A stretch of DNA of 64,000 nucleotides from Hamiltosporidium tvaerminnensis FI-OER-3-3. Its lineage: Eukaryota > Fungi > Microsporidia. The notes under the pieces were generated by a model. The model did no database searches and was not told the origin of the DNA. It saw nothing but the letters and a program-made list of their open reading frames with translations. A program made the position numbers and the translations under genes. Below, in pieces: positions 1 to 14,845 of the stretch. Every line of letters begins with the position of its first letter. Within the stretch, counting starts at the first letter, position 1. Location: assembly GCA_022605425.2 (NCBI GenBank), contig CM061250.1, forward strand, positions 372,001 to 436,000. Reading direction: 5' to 3'.

Positions 1-1830
1 ACATACAATTACATATGCGATCTAACACCAAGTTTGATATTCCTAGAAATTATGTAACCCAACTCTTGCATTTATCCAACGTATTGGTGCTTTTATCTTA
101 ACCAGATATTCTACGAAATACAATTTTTTTATAATCTATTTTGCACATCTAAAAATATAATAAATTACTAAATGTTAAAGAAATTTCCATCTGAGTGATC
201 AAAGTAATTTTTTATAAAAGTAAATATATTTTACGGATTCTTAAAAGGGACCCTATTATAATATATAATATGACAAAAAAATCGGATTCGTCTGAAATGC
301 TTCAAAAAGCATAACATGTGAATACATTTCGTTTATATATTTTTCTTTAATTTTTTCTTATATAAAGTCATTAACATTTAAATCACGCTAATCATTTAGC
401 TAACTGAGCATGTCTTTAAACATTTCCAACATAATTTAGACTAAAGTCTAAAATGATACTTCAATAGAAGATAATTTGAATCAAATAGTTAAATCAAATC
501 AAATGTAACACAATTGAACACAGACGTTATATTATTTATACCTTTGATTAATTTGCCATCTTTCTTCATACTTGAAATATTTATTTTAAATGTTAAATAT
601 CTTTAAAAAGTTGCAGATGATATAAAATACTTAGATATAAAAAAATTTATCAATCGCAAGAAAAGTATTTATACCATGAAAATTTATGACTTTGTTTTTT
701 CTCTAATCTAAATCAAAAAAAACAGAAGCTTAGATATTGCGTCGGACTAGGTTTTTTCATAAAATATCTCAGAGTCGGTTTTTTCAGTTGAGATTGCACC
801 CCAAAAACATATGAATTCGGGTGATTTTCATTATAGAAAGTAGAAAGTCATCACAATAGAACAGTAGTATAGAAAGTACCATTTTTTGTTCTAATGTTTG
901 GTTCAAATACCTTTTCAATATACTTTTATTTAAACAAAGTTTTAAAAAAAATGACTACTATTTATTATTCAGTGCATAAGATTGATTGCTTCACATTTTA
1001 AAAAATTTGAGAGCTAGAATTAAATAATAAAGTTAAAAAATAATTAATGGTATACTTCTTTGCCTAAGCATGTTGAATAGATTTGCTCATACAATATTTA
1101 TACATTCAAATTTCTGTTTATTTTTTTTTAATTTATTAACGTAATAAAATTTATGATTCAAATTTTAGGCGTAATCCTGTTTTTTTAGAATTTTATTTTA
1201 TTAGAAAGGCTAACATTAGCAAAATTTTTATTTACATCTAGAAGAACAACATGTCTTATTTGCGTACGCAATATATTTTTTAAAAAAATCTTCTATATTT
1301 TCTAAAAAAATAGATTAGAAACACTCAAATTATACAAAGATATGTTCTTTTGCTTAGTTCTTTCATGGTATATAATTATTGATATAATTCAATGCTTCCA
1401 TATAGCGTGATATACTTTTAAGAAATAAGTTTATATTTTGGGCATTTTAACTGAGATACAACTATTGTGAATTTAAAATAAATTATTGTTAAACGATTGT
1501 AAAATAGTAAATTTCCGGAGTTTTAATTTCTGTCATATGACTTCTATAAAATATAGTTTTCTATTTTTGAGCTAAAAACACAAGTCAAATTTGATTGTTA
1601 GAAACCAATTAAACAAGCTTTTTATACCATACTAAAAAAATTCTGCTTTTTTCTATTAAATGGCAAAAGTAATTTATATAGATATGTTAAATCCCACGAA
1701 AACCTTATAAAATATAAGATACAAACAAATCTATTATATATATTTCGGTCCAAAGGTAACATATATTTCTGCAAAAAACTAAAAATAAAATATTACGTAG
1801 GCTAAAGACTATTTGCGCTTTTAATATATA

Positions 1831-3579
1831 CACCATCTGTCCGGAAATATGGTATACTTTTCAAAAAAACCGTAGATTATCGTGAATATAAAAAATAAAT
1901 AGGCAACCGTCATGATATTGTCATAGTAAATATTCATGACAATATAACCTAAAACATGCGACTTTAGTAATATCATTCTTAGTTAAAAAATTACTGCTCC
2001 TAAATCAGTGTTTCTTAAGGTAAAAAAAATTAGTACCGCTGCAAGACGAATGAGGAAAATTTGGAAGTAAATTTGTTAAATTTAGAAAAAAGAGATTCAA
2101 AATATAAAGAGTTAACTAAGGAACAACGTAAAGGTATTTTAGAAAAATTATTACAGCAGATGAAGGAGAATAAATTAACACAGGGTGCATCAACGAATTT
2201 TCTTCTGCCTTTTAAGTTTCCCGGCTAAACGTTAGCCGAATTTGGCATGCAGCAGCAACCTCAATATAGAAAGGGCAAGATATATGCCGATGTTTCTTCA
2301 AAAAAGAAAAAAAGATGCGGAAGAAAACCTAAAGAATATTCGAACAATTTAGCCCTAATAAATAATACACCATGAAATTGTCTAGGAACGCTTCGAAGTC
2401 TTTCCGTTGCAATTGATATTCATCAACTCTGTTTGATATATTCAAGTCGGGAAAGTATATCAAGAGAATATCTTCTACGGTTAAACATACCTTAACAGAT
2501 AAAAATGTAATGGACCGATTAGAATTTTGCTTGTCTAAAATAAATCTTGCAAAGAATGAAGATTTGCTTTTTGATGATTTGTACTACTACGTTCACATTG
2601 ATGAAAAGTGGTTTTATGAGACTAAAGTTAAGCGCTCTTATTACTTAATATTAAACGAAGAAAAACCGGAGAGAAACTGCAAAAATAGGCGATTTATTAC
2701 GAAATAATGTTCATGGCTGCAGTAGCTCGACTACGCTATGAGGCACATCGAAAGCTTTATTTTGATGGGAAAATTAGAATATGGCCATTTGTTGATTAAG
2801 AACCAACTAAATAAATTCTAAGAATAGGGCTAAAGAGACAATGATAACAAAAAATGTGGAATTTGTTACAGCAGTACATTGCAAAAACATGATTATTGAT
2901 AATGTAATTCCCGCAAGTAAATCTAAATCCACGCCAGAATACAAAAGGAAAAAAATTTACGTACAACGAGACAATACAAAACCCCATTTTTCTGATAATG
3001 ATGCAGATATTGTCGCTCTTGGTTTTGCTGATGACTGAATATCTAATTTAAGGCGCAACCGGCAAATAGCCCTGATTTCAATGTTCGTGATTTAGGTTTT
3101 TTAAACTCCATACAATCGCTGCTACATAAAGCTTCGCCACACACAATTGACGAATTTATAAATTGTGTTCAAGATGCATTACATCATTTAGAAGCGAATA
3201 TGCTTGATAACGTTTTTACAGTTTTGCAAGCATGTATTGAGTCAATTATGTTAACAGATGAAGGAAACGGCTATAAAATACCTCATTTAAGTAAAGAAAA
3301 ACTTCGTCGCGAAGGTAGACTGCTAGAAAAATATGTATGTTCCAAAGAAGCATACGTTAAAGCCAAATCAAATTTCGAGTGAACTTATAGATTTTAATAT
3401 ATATTTTATTTAATTTTTTTTAATATTTACATTAATCTTTATTAAAATATTCGAAAGAAAGGTAATTTAATAAACTTGTCATGTACATTTTTTGATTTAT
3501 TTTATTTTTTCGCAAATTTATACCATATTTCCGGACAAAAGATCGCTAAAATGTATACCATATCTTCGGACAGAGGGAG
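1831..3579 (+). mobile_element. DD39D (plant/Stowaway-type) mariner DNA transposon, decayed copy 1
   Basis: TA|CACCATCTGTCCGGAAATATGGTATAC at 1831 and GTATACCATATCTTCGGACAGAGGGAG|TA ending 3579. Broken transposase with HIDEKWFY, QRDNTKPH and QPANSPDFNVRDLGF across ORF pieces 2510-3382. Collinear with the copy at 38717-40434. Confidence 0.9.
2050..3382 (+). pseudogene. mariner DD39D transposase pseudogene
   Basis: Fragmented ORFs 2510-2707, 2841-3038 and 3200-3382 carry successive transposase motifs, separated by stops and frameshifts. Start is approximate. Confidence 0.85.
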
Positions 3580-6194
3580 TATTATTTTACAGTCTAGACT
3601 TAATAAAATTTTTCACAAGCAAATACATATAAAAAGGTTTTTTTTTCTTCTTTTGATATTTTGTAAAATTTAATTCCTGATAAATCCAGAATAGATTGTA
3701 TTTTTAGGCTTTAAGAATCCAATCTGTGTTTTGCCATAATAAATTTTTGTTTTTTAGTGCGTAACTTCTTCTTGTATAAATAAAACGGTTAAGAATAGAA
3801 TTTTGCAATAACTATCTAGTAAAACCCTTTCATTTTGGTCCAAATTTGCTAAATATAGTGAGCCGAAATTAAATTTCGAGTATATAAATAAATGATTAAT
3901 TATCTAAAAGGCGAATTAAGTTATGTTTTTCGCATAAAATCTATTGCTCAGATGCTGAAAACGTGCCTGTAAACAATATAAGCTAGATCTTTAAGTAGTA
4001 AAATATATTTAATTTTCTTTTGACATAGACTATACCCATTGAGTGACTGTAAAATAGAAAAATGTTGCAGAAATCATTTGAATTTTTTTTATAGATATTT
4101 TTATTGAAATATCTTTTTATGAAAAATAAAAATTTGATTTTAGTTTAAAAATAAAATTTTTTTAAGCAATTTAAATAGTCTGCGAGCATATCAATCATAA
4201 TGACTTTTTCGAGTTAATTTACAATCGACTTAAACATTTATAAAATAAATACAGAAAATTTTTCATCACTCAAGTAGCATTATTCTTGATTGTAGGTTAA
4301 CTTGTGCCGCTAAATAATCCAAAGTTAAAATATAGCAGTTGTAAAATGATACATCAAATTTTAAATTATATTTGATGCATTTTACGATATATATTGCAGA
4401 AAGTTAATGATATACGAATAAAAATGAGCTTTAATATAAAAATATAACAAAAAATTATGAGTAAAAAATTAGAAAACTATTTTAAATAAAGAATTATACG
4501 ACGCTTGTAGAAATTCATGTTTAACATAATGTCAGTGAAAAAAATATTAAAGCCATAATTTATTCTTATTTCATGTTTTTTTGGAGCTTTCATAAAAGCC
4601 TACTGGCCCATACGAGAAAGATAATAAGATTAATCAAAGTAAAACGAATATGTAAAATATAAATAGAAATACATAGATAAAAAAAACACTTAATAACAGT
4701 AAATTGTGAGTGATATATAGAAATAATATGTTTTAATGTTTTTTGTTCAATATTTTTTTTACGCAGTATTTTTCCTCCGGAATAATATAGATATATTTAC
4801 TTTAGTCATGTCTGATTTTAAATTTTACAAGATATTATGCTACAATGATATACTTTTGGTGTTGCACTATGAACTGTTGTATATTTGCATATTACAATCA
4901 CAAACAAATATTTTTTTCTTTGCTTGAGAATTGTGTATATTTGCTTGATTATATGAAAATGTGAACAATCTAACTATTTTTTGGATATTTAAGAGAAATT
5001 TGCGAATAAAAAAATATTTCATACCTAAGTTGAAATTAAAGAAAATTCACAACATTTTTGGCTTTTTTAGAAGAAAGGTATTCATTTTTCTAATCCTGCA
5101 ACCATAGTATTCACGTATAAATAAAGGCTATAATTCAAATATTATTTCTACGAGTTCTTAAAGTTCTCAAAACCAAATTCTTAATCTAACTTATTTTTAT
5201 TACCAATAATCTGCCAGATTTGGAAAGTCACAAAAAAAAATAAATCATACGTAAATAAGCAAATATAAGGCAGATGAATCTGCACGTTATGCATCTCGCT
5301 CTATAAGTTTACAAGCTCTATATATAGAAAACTTATTATATTTCATTTTTTAATTTCGGTAAAAAAATCACGACTAATTTTATTTGGTGAAAATTCAAGT
5401 AGAGGCGTTTATATATGCCTTGTTTATTAACATAAATATAAATACTTCAAATATAAAGCAGTTTAGAATTTTGCAGATAATTGCATTGCGTAATATAAAT
5501 GATTAATTGAGCCAATAATTAGGAATAATATGTTAACTTTTTTATAATTTAGAATATTTTTTGGGAACGGCATCTTTTACACCTCGCTGATTTATGTGAA
5601 AAACATATTGTAGATTGTATATTTATTTCTAGTAAATTTTATCCAGTATTACGTTGATTAGCGAATTATATTATAGGATCTTTCAGATTCTTTTAACCTG
5701 TTTATAAAGTAATTTTTTTCTTTTATTATATTTGTTCAATTAATAATTTTAATTGCATTATAATCCTCATTTTGAATCAATTAATGTCTTATTTTATCAA
5801 ACTACAAAGCATTTACTTTTTGGGAACTATTTTCTAAAATTAACATAAACCTAGAACTTTTTTTATAAACATATTCAGTAATCTATACAAATCTTATATA
5901 AGTTGTATAAAAATATTTTTTAGAGAACCTAAATATTGAATTTTTTTAAAAACTTGTAGTAAATGTAACCTATTAATAATATAAATATATTTTGGGCTAT
6001 TTGGCTTTAATATCGTATATTATGAAGCAACCGTGAACTTGTATACCGATATACAAGTTTATTGTGGCCCAAAACTGCAATCAAATGTATAATTATGACA
6101 TATTATATTCATAATTTCACTAATTCCGAAAAAATATTTGCAAATTGCAGCAAGCTTTTCTGAAGTAATGTTTCTATTATTACCCCAACGATTC

Positions 6195-6450
6195 TATTCA
6201 TTCACTTTGCACTACAGCCCTGTGCGAGCCTTGGCTTCCCTTAGTAATACCGCTCACTGTTCTTTTTCTCGTGGGTTTATATAATTATCGGGTTTCGTTA
6301 CAAGGTAGTTTTATGGAGTGGGTCGTATGCCTTACGCTCAACCCCAAGCCCAACCCCAACATAGAGGATCAGTTTCCTTTAGTCGTCTCTTAAAACAAGC
6401 AGAGAATACTCAAGCCAATTCTGTTCCCGCAAGGTGAGAACATCTCATCA
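6195..6450 (-). mobile_element. short internally deleted RTE-clade non-LTR element (mini-RTE / SINE-like)
   Basis: Minus strand has GGGGTTGAGCGTAAGGCATACGACCCACTCCATAAAA...TGTAACGAAACC, matching the RTE 5'UTR at 27562-27614 (GGGTTGAGCATTGGGCTTGCGATTCTATCTGCAAAA...TGTTACGAAACC). This is joined to an RTE-type 3' end GAAGCCAAGGCTCGCACAGGGCTGTAGTGC and a TGAA/GAAT tail. Boundaries approximate. Confidence 0.6.
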
Positions 6451-9400
6451 ATTTACTGTTTAAAAATGTTCATAATTTAATAGAGTTAGCAGTACACAAA
6501 TGCTTGAATGCAAGTTATACGTTGCAATGCGGAAATACGAGCGCACATGCAGAATAACCACAATATCGCATATAAAGAGCAATTCTATTTTTACAAATGA
6601 AAAGTAATTTAACATGCTAACCATATTTACCAAGAGCTTTGTGATTGTAAGAAAAGATGAATGTATGTATTTACATAGTTTTCATAAAAAACGATGGAAT
6701 TTATTATTTATATCGGATTAATAAGGCAAATGTTATGCAAATTGAACTTTTGTAAACCAATAGATATTATTCACAAAACCTATTCAGTCATTGTAAATAA
6801 TTTTGCATTGTTTATCATATTCAAAGAATCTTACTAACAGAAAAATATGTTACGAAAAGATGTGGAAAAAGAATAAACCTTCTTAGTATTATATATAATC
6901 TCGAATTGAATAGGCTTTCTATGCCGATTTATAAATTCATATTTTATAAAATCAATGAAAAGTCTTGTCTTTAGTTGAAACAATGCTATTAATACCTATT
7001 TAGAGTAATTTCGATACTTGAAGTTAGTTTTAGTGTAAACCATCGCTTAAAAAAAATGGCAAAAAAACTAATTCACTTCACTCATTTGAAGAAAGCTAAC
7101 GCAAAAAATTGATAATTTATGGAAATGCAATAAGGATCAAGCGATCGGTCTGTAATGACAACGTATTGGTAAGTTAGAATGCACAATGAGCACCTTACTT
7201 GAATCCAGTCTTTTCAATAAAGTATCCAAAAATATCGTATATGTATGAATAAAGTTATGCATGTAGTTATATCCTAGTTATATGTAAAATCTTGCAATTT
7301 AAAAAAGTACCAGTCATTTTCATAATACCTTCAATATAAGAGTTGTAAAACATTGAGTCATCATTCGTAAAAATACATTTTTAGCTTTTTTTCTGTTAGT
7401 AATTCATCTTTTCTACATGTTTTTAGCGATTCATATAACTTCAGTGTATTAGTGTAATCAGCTGAGCAATTATATTTTATATTATTAACACGAGATTTTT
7501 CTATCTTAATTTTTTTTCCGAGTACTTTATATTTTAAAAAAGTAACTTCTCCGTTATAAAATTAATATGAAAAAAACGTTTTAAATGATGCAGACTATAA
7601 TAATTTTAGAAGACTATATAATTTTCATAATAATTTTCAAGTTACCTAAGTCAAAGAGATCAGTAAAAAATAAAGGTTATCTTATCCTGGTTTACTCAAC
7701 CTTAAACAGAAATCATGCGCCTTCGTATATTTGCAATAAATAATCTAATTGTAGCAATAAAACAAAATTGAGCTGATATTGTTTGACTGTATTATAATTC
7801 CGATGAATATACGTCTAAGATATATTAACAAAGAAATTTTTCTCGGTTATATTTCAAATGAACTCATTCGCGCTTATAAATCTTGTTTTTTTATTCGATT
7901 ACATGGTTTTTAGTACACGTAAAGATAATTTTATAATTGATTTTAAAGCAGCATGCAGTATTAAGATTGAACATAATCAACAATTTTTTTATGCTTTGCA
8001 TTTTAAAAAAGCACATATATTGATTTAAGCTATACATTTTAACGTTCTTCGTAAAAAATTAATTTTTCCAAAAACAATAACTATGCATCATTAGAAAAGA
8101 TATTAGGTTTTGTTTGTCTTCACTCACGTCAGCAAAAAATTTGATCTTTGCTCTAATTTATTATTTTATCTTTTATTTATTGCTTTTTACAATATTAAAT
8201 TGATGCTTTATATGTTTAGTGCTATCGAAATCTTTGGCTTTTATGTTTCCTTATATCAATTAAAATGTTCTCCTAACTAATATCAAATACTTCGCATAAA
8301 AGAACATTTTAATTAAATTAGAAAAATCTAACAGAATACATATAGGACACAGAGTATTTAAAAACTATTAATATCTTTTTACTACGATCTTGTTCTATTC
8401 AATTTGAAAAAAAACTTGCTACTATTGAATCTGTGTATAATAAGAGCACACGGAATTTTTTTTAGAAAAATTCATAATTTTGAAGCCCGAGAGTAATCAT
8501 GTCATTAAAGCGTTTTAGTATTGGAATCTTATCTAATGTGAATCAAATACGCAAAAAACGAGTAGTTTGTAGCATTTTTTGAGATTCCATTTGTTAAATG
8601 ACTCATTGGCTGTCTATGAAGATTATTTTTTACATTTTAAATCATTTTGAACGATCTAATTTTAAATAGACAGTAAAAAAAACTGTATTTCATAGATTTT
8701 TTTGATTATAAAATATTAAAATATTAAAATCTAAACTACCTAGGAATCAAGAGAAATATCTGCAAAACTTATAGTAGAAATTAAGCATCTAAATTATGAC
8801 AGTTTTACTCTAAAAAAAGACATGGTATTTTTAACAAACACCACCGGTAATGTTAAAACTTAAGCATATATAATTTCTACAAGTTTGAAAAATATAGAGC
8901 GAAATTTTTTGTCCGATAATTTTAGAGAAAAAGAATAAGGATTTTCGAATAAAAATATCATACGTTTTTTTGTAAAGCCCACAAATGTGTCAAAATAATT
9001 TTGCTTTAGAATAGCGAAATGAAATGTTCTAAAATCATATATCTTCTTTAAAGAAAGCCGTATGAATCGATAATAATCTATTACCTTCAAATCCATGGTT
9101 ATTGTATGGGTAAAGTTCCTTAAACGTTTTCAATTGTTTTGTAAGATCCAAAAAAAGTTTCTTGTACAAATCGGCATTTATTTCATTTTTGGAAAAAGTT
9201 CGAAATATTATATATCAAATAGTGATATGCTTATTTCTGTTTATAAATCTTCTCAACCACAATCATTAATTGATCATGAATTTGACAGCATCCTAAGGTA
9301 TATCATCTGCGTGAAACCAAGAAATAAAATTTGAAATATAGTTAAAAAATGTTTAGTTGTTTGATATTCATCCGAAGAAAAAACCACACTATACAAAATA

Positions 9401-12400
9401 AATGCCTACTAATCGAAATTATATCAAAGATTGTTTAAACTCGAAAACCCTTTCTGTGATTAGATATAATCTACTGAGAAAAAAAGCCTAAAAATAGATG
9501 TGATATTATAATCCTTAAACGGTTATATGTTTTCCGTCGTTATTTAAGTTCAAATACTTGGTGATAAATTTAAAAAATGAATAAACAAATCTTAAGTTAT
9601 GAATAGTCAAACCAACCCAGCTTTATGTATAATTTAAATTGCTTTCGGTGTATTTTAATTTCTTAGCATTGAATAGATAAAAAAAATACTTTTATGGTAG
9701 AATATCTACTCACATATATTTTACTTGTTGTAGGATTAAGTAGAGATAAATCTCTGACTCTTTATTTTTAACTACTACGCTTCTTGAACATTTGTATTTA
9801 CTTAACAAATATTTTTTATGAATGCAAAGAAAGATACTTTATATCTTTATTGACTTCTTTTAATAAACTATAAAATTAGCTAAACTTAGCACAAATATCA
9901 GTATCTGATGTATTCTTTGCGTGTAATTATCTACGCCTTCTTCCTTTAGAATGCTTATAGGTCTAGGTCTGTACTCTAGTATAGTAATATATAGCTTTGC
10001 GACGTAGAAACAAGAAATATCACCATGAAAATTTCAGATATGAGAACATTACCATATCATTGAGTAAATACTTAAAAAGAGAGTTTATACAAAAACAATT
10101 TAAAATTTTGCGCAATTATTTATTACACACATATAATGTTTAGTCATATAAAGCAAATATGAGTTAACCATTAAAATACAGATAATGAAATATATTTAAA
10201 AAGACTAAAAGATATATTTCATAAATAGATGGCTTAGCGTTACGTATACATTGCAAGCAAATAATAGAATATTTGAAGTTTGTAAAAAATAAAAAAAAGG
10301 TTCTCATAAAATAGTTCAGAGATTTTAATAAATATAAATTAACGTTTAAGAAACTAATTATCTTATTTAGTAAAGAGTGCAAAAATACTTAAATGGTTCA
10401 GTTCCAAGGATAGTTTATTAAGATATTTTCTTTTGTAATTAAAGGAATTGTAATACGAAATGCTAATTACAAATAATACTGTATAAAATGATAAAGATAT
10501 AATACACAACAGGTTATCTTTACAAGCATAGTATTAAACTTTATGGAAAGTTTTGGATTTGATTAAAAAATAATATATGATTATTTGATTTATATTTATC
10601 AAAACACCGCCAACACAGAAGTTGAAGAAATATAATCTGTAAAAATCTTTGTACCTTGAAATTTTATGGGTTTGGTATTTTATTTTGAGGAATGATACTT
10701 TTTTTCGAGAATCACATTATTGATGTAGCGTTTTAATTAACAAAAGATAGAGTGAACCCTAAGAAGTCGGGAAGATATTTGTCTAAATATATTAATGAAA
10801 TAGTAGCAAAAAACTATATTGTTTGTATGTGTAAAGTCGAATTTGGCAATCAAAAAGCCTCCTTTTCGATATGGCTTTATTATAAAGTAGTAATTCCCTA
10901 TGCCAGTTGTGAAAACACAAGTTATAGCGCTTAACTTTAATTTTCAATATTTTTGTCTCTTGTGAAACTCATATAATTGAAATGCATAAACTCACTTCGT
11001 TTTTAGAAAAAGCCATTTGTTGATTTTAGAGGCCTCATCAACGTTACTATAACAAATGCTTTTTTATTAACAATTCGAATATGAGTTCAAATTAATTAGA
11101 TTAATATTGTTAAAATTTCTTGGACCTAAAAAGACCAATACAGCTGATAGAACAAAAAGAGAATACTAATCTTATAATTTTAAGATTAAATATACAATCT
11201 TGTATACAATTATTATAGATAGCTTTTTATCATTTATTTTCACAAATATTACAAGAAATTAGCACATGATACTTTAAGAACGTTGCCTTTTTTTAATTAT
11301 TCCACAAATTACTTGACCATTACAGCATGCTTTTTGATAAGTCTAAACCGAATTAATATCTAAAGATTTTTATAGACCAAAAATAAATTATATTTAAAAG
11401 AAATATTATATTTGATAAAACGTATTTGCTTCGATGTATAATATATTTGGTAGATTTCAATATTTCACATCCACCCAATATGATTTTTAACTTCTTAAAA
11501 TAATAATACAATTATTTTTGTAGAATTCATTGATGACTTTTCTGAGGAAAAACGTAATTTAGTATCTGGGGTTGTAAAAAAACTGCTTACTGTGGAAGGT
11601 AATAATGGTTTTCAAATTTACAAGAGCTTGCTTTACATTGTTAAAGCTATATCGTATCAAAGACAAATGAATGTATTTTAACGAAATTTAAATAGCATCA
11701 ATATTTTAGCATTGCAAGATTCAAATATTGAATGATTAATAATGTACGTTTTTCTATGCCTTTAGACAAAATAGTTAGATGTTTTTGTTTTTAAAAAATA
11801 TAAAGATAAACTGATTAAACCTAAATTATTTGAGAACTCTTTTGATTTAAGATGTTTGAAATAAAAAAAATCATGATGAAATGATTTAAAATAGTTGGTA
11901 ATTACTTACAATCGTTTTTTACGTTTTGAAATTGATCATAATATTCGCTTTATGCACCTGATAATCTTAGAAATTGTAGAATATTCCAAATATATTTTTT
12001 CAGATTTAGCACGCTTAATATAATTACATGTAATAAAACGTTTTAAGACTCTTATCAAGCATTCGAAACTGATTATTTTACACTAACTCAAGTTCATTGT
12101 ATACTAGGTGCATTTATGAGTTTACATGAATATAATTAATTTGTGTTTTGAAATATAGAACTCACAATTAGATTATAGTAAAACGACTTTACGCTTTTAA
12201 TTAAGTTGAAATATTTTAAAAAAAAGAATAAAAAGTATATATATTTGTCCTGCCTAGAAATTTTTAGAATCACAATTATATAAATTGCGGTCTTTTCGTT
12301 TAAATTTTTCTATAATTTTCGTTTCGCGATTAATCCATAACTATATTTTCCTTCAAAGTGCGTAAATTTGGCTTAAAATTTCTATAGGAGAACAGAATTT

Positions 12401-12739
12401 TGAATATTATTTTTTAAATTAAGACTTTTTCATATGATAATAATGTTGCGTATTCTTGCATGCTTTATATATGAATTGTTTTTAATTCAATGCTTTATAT
12501 GTTTATTTCTTAACTTAATTTGCCTAAAATAGTAATGTTTTAAGCTTTATGTAATTCATTTTGAATAAAATACGAAAAATATGTGTAATTTAAATAGAAA
12601 ATTTTAAATTTTATAATTTAAAAAGAAATTTTTGTTATATGTTGTTAGAAAAATGCGCAATGATAAAAATGAAAAGATAAAAAAATTTATAATCGATTTA
12701 GTCAAGATATTTTTTCTAAATTATTCTTTTCGTATATTA

Positions 12740-14845
12740 TAGAGTTTTTCAAGCAATATCATAATGCTTGCAATCTTTATTAAAAAATATAACTTCTTTT
12801 AAAACAATGGCAAGTGTTATATTTGTTTTCATGACATTGACGCAGTTCTAGGTTTAACATAAATGACTGCTACCCCAACACTCCATCGGTAACCCCTGCG
12901 ATATCTACGTTCCAAAGCCTTTCTTTTACCAGGTGTGTAGAACCTAATTAGTACGCGAGACAGTTGCCCGGAGTTTCTTAATGCCTGTTGCACTGAGTGT
13001 GATCAAAGGCCGAAGCCTCCCTGGGTTCCCCTCTCCCCAGACTATGCAGCATTCTCACATACTCTCCACTTTCTGCAAAAATAACCTCAAACTAAGATAT
13101 ATTTCAGAGATTTACATGGGGTCCAACTAGACAGTGCATTGTCATACCAACAGTTATAACCCGCTACTTAGCTCTCCCGGCTTTAATGGGTTTTGCTTTT
13201 ATATCTCAAATGCGCTAAGTCTTCTAACCCGAGTGAGAAAGGCTAGGTTTCCATGCTTTTACATGGAAATTGCCTACATTTAGCTGCGGTCTGCGCGCTA
13301 GTTACATAAAAAACTACAAATAAATATGTAGAAAAAGTTTCTCCATTTCTTAGACATCTCCAACTCATAACAACTCCCATAGAACAACCAAAGATATAGT
13401 GTGTTTTCATTCCCACAGAAAATCTAAACAATGATTTATAAATAAATCTCATGTACGAATTGCCAAGCAGATGGTTTTTTATGAGGTTATCCTCTCTCTA
13501 CAAATCCTTGCAATCAATATAATAATTATTTTTAAAAAAATAAAATTTAAAAAATAAAATTTTAAATAGTGCGTGAGATTTGTTATTCAAGAATCACTCG
13601 CCCTACTTTAGCCTTGAGCAGATTTTCTAAAGATTTACGGTAAAAAGAACTTCAATGTTCTCCCGGTATCTCATTAAGTTTTTCGAATTAATATTCTAAA
13701 CTGAGGCTCAGACGTCTACAAACTCAAATTACTTCATTTTTCCAGACTGAGAATACATTCTCAATTGATTAAGAAATAAAGAGTAAAGTGGAAGATATTT
13801 TTTTCGATACGAAGCAATTTCCTCATCATCATTAATTTCAGAATAGAAATAGATTCTAGCATTGTCGAATACAATTTTAGGAGTCAAATTCTTTGCCGTT
13901 GACAACTTTCATTAATCTCTTTAATGAATAATTTGAAGTCTTTACCTTTTACGGCTCTCTCATGAATCTTATGGTATATCATACTATATTTGTTTTTTCG
14001 CAGCGATTACTAAAACATTTCTACTATGGGCTGCAGTTACAGATAAATATGCAGATTCACCTCTCATATTAGTATATCTGCTAGGGCGTGTTACTACCGC
14101 AAACCTAACTTAATCATAAAAAACAAAGTTTTTGTCATCAATATCAACCCCCAACTCACGAAAACTAGTTGCGTAATGTTCGTAGCTCAATTGTCGAAAG
14201 TGAATTTCTATGCTCAGGCACTAATGTTACACGCTTTAAAATGTAGTAGAACTCCCTTAGTCCGCAATCATTTGTACTAGTTGATACATCGATTAAATAT
14301 GCATTTGACTTATTCTGCCAATTCATACTGGGTTTTTGTACATACCAAATCAATAAAGGTTTGTAAGCTCTTTTTTATTTCAAAGGTTAACTCTGAGCGC
14401 CTATCCTCACCCTTTTTGTCTGCAAATACCAACCGGTTTTTAAATATCGTCTAAAGATGCTATTTACCGACTGAAAATTTATTCGATACATCTAAGCAAT
14501 CGCAGAAAGAGAATAGCCTTCTAATGTCATTTCAATTATGCGTTCCTGGTCATTAATAGAAACTGTTTGTTTCCTCAGAGTTGGAATATAGATCAGTGGG
14601 AGGTTTTTATCATGTGATTCCGATGTTTCCACTGAACACTTCAAAAAATTGTCATTTTTTGACTCTATTCATTCTAGTGTTTCTCTGATATGAAAACGAT
14701 ATTCGTTATCGTTAGTATTCTAAGCTGATAAAACGTTTGACAGTTAATTTTAATGAAATAAATTAATTTTTAAATTTTTATTTTTTAAAAATATATGTTT
14801 TATTGATCTAAATTTATGGTTTTTCTTGCGAGGATAATTATATTA
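12740..14845 (-). mobile_element. decayed Tc1/IS630-like (DD34E) transposon, same family as 35764-38211
   Basis: Pseudo-transposase ~13583-14742 on the minus strand is homologous to 36053-37222 (e.g. LKRVTLVPEHRNSLSTIELR). Its TIR start TA|TAGAGTTTTTCAAGCAATATCATAATGCTTGCAATC at 12740 matches TAGGGTTTTTCGATCAATATAATAATCCTTGCAATC. The far end is approximate. Confidence 0.85.
12776..13502 (-). mobile_element. ~725-nt SINE-like structured repeat, copy A (inserted in Tc1 TIR)
   Basis: Homologous to copies C-F. 13-bp TSD AATGCTTGCAATC (12763-12775) / AATCCTTGCAATC (13503-13515). Confidence 0.9.
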
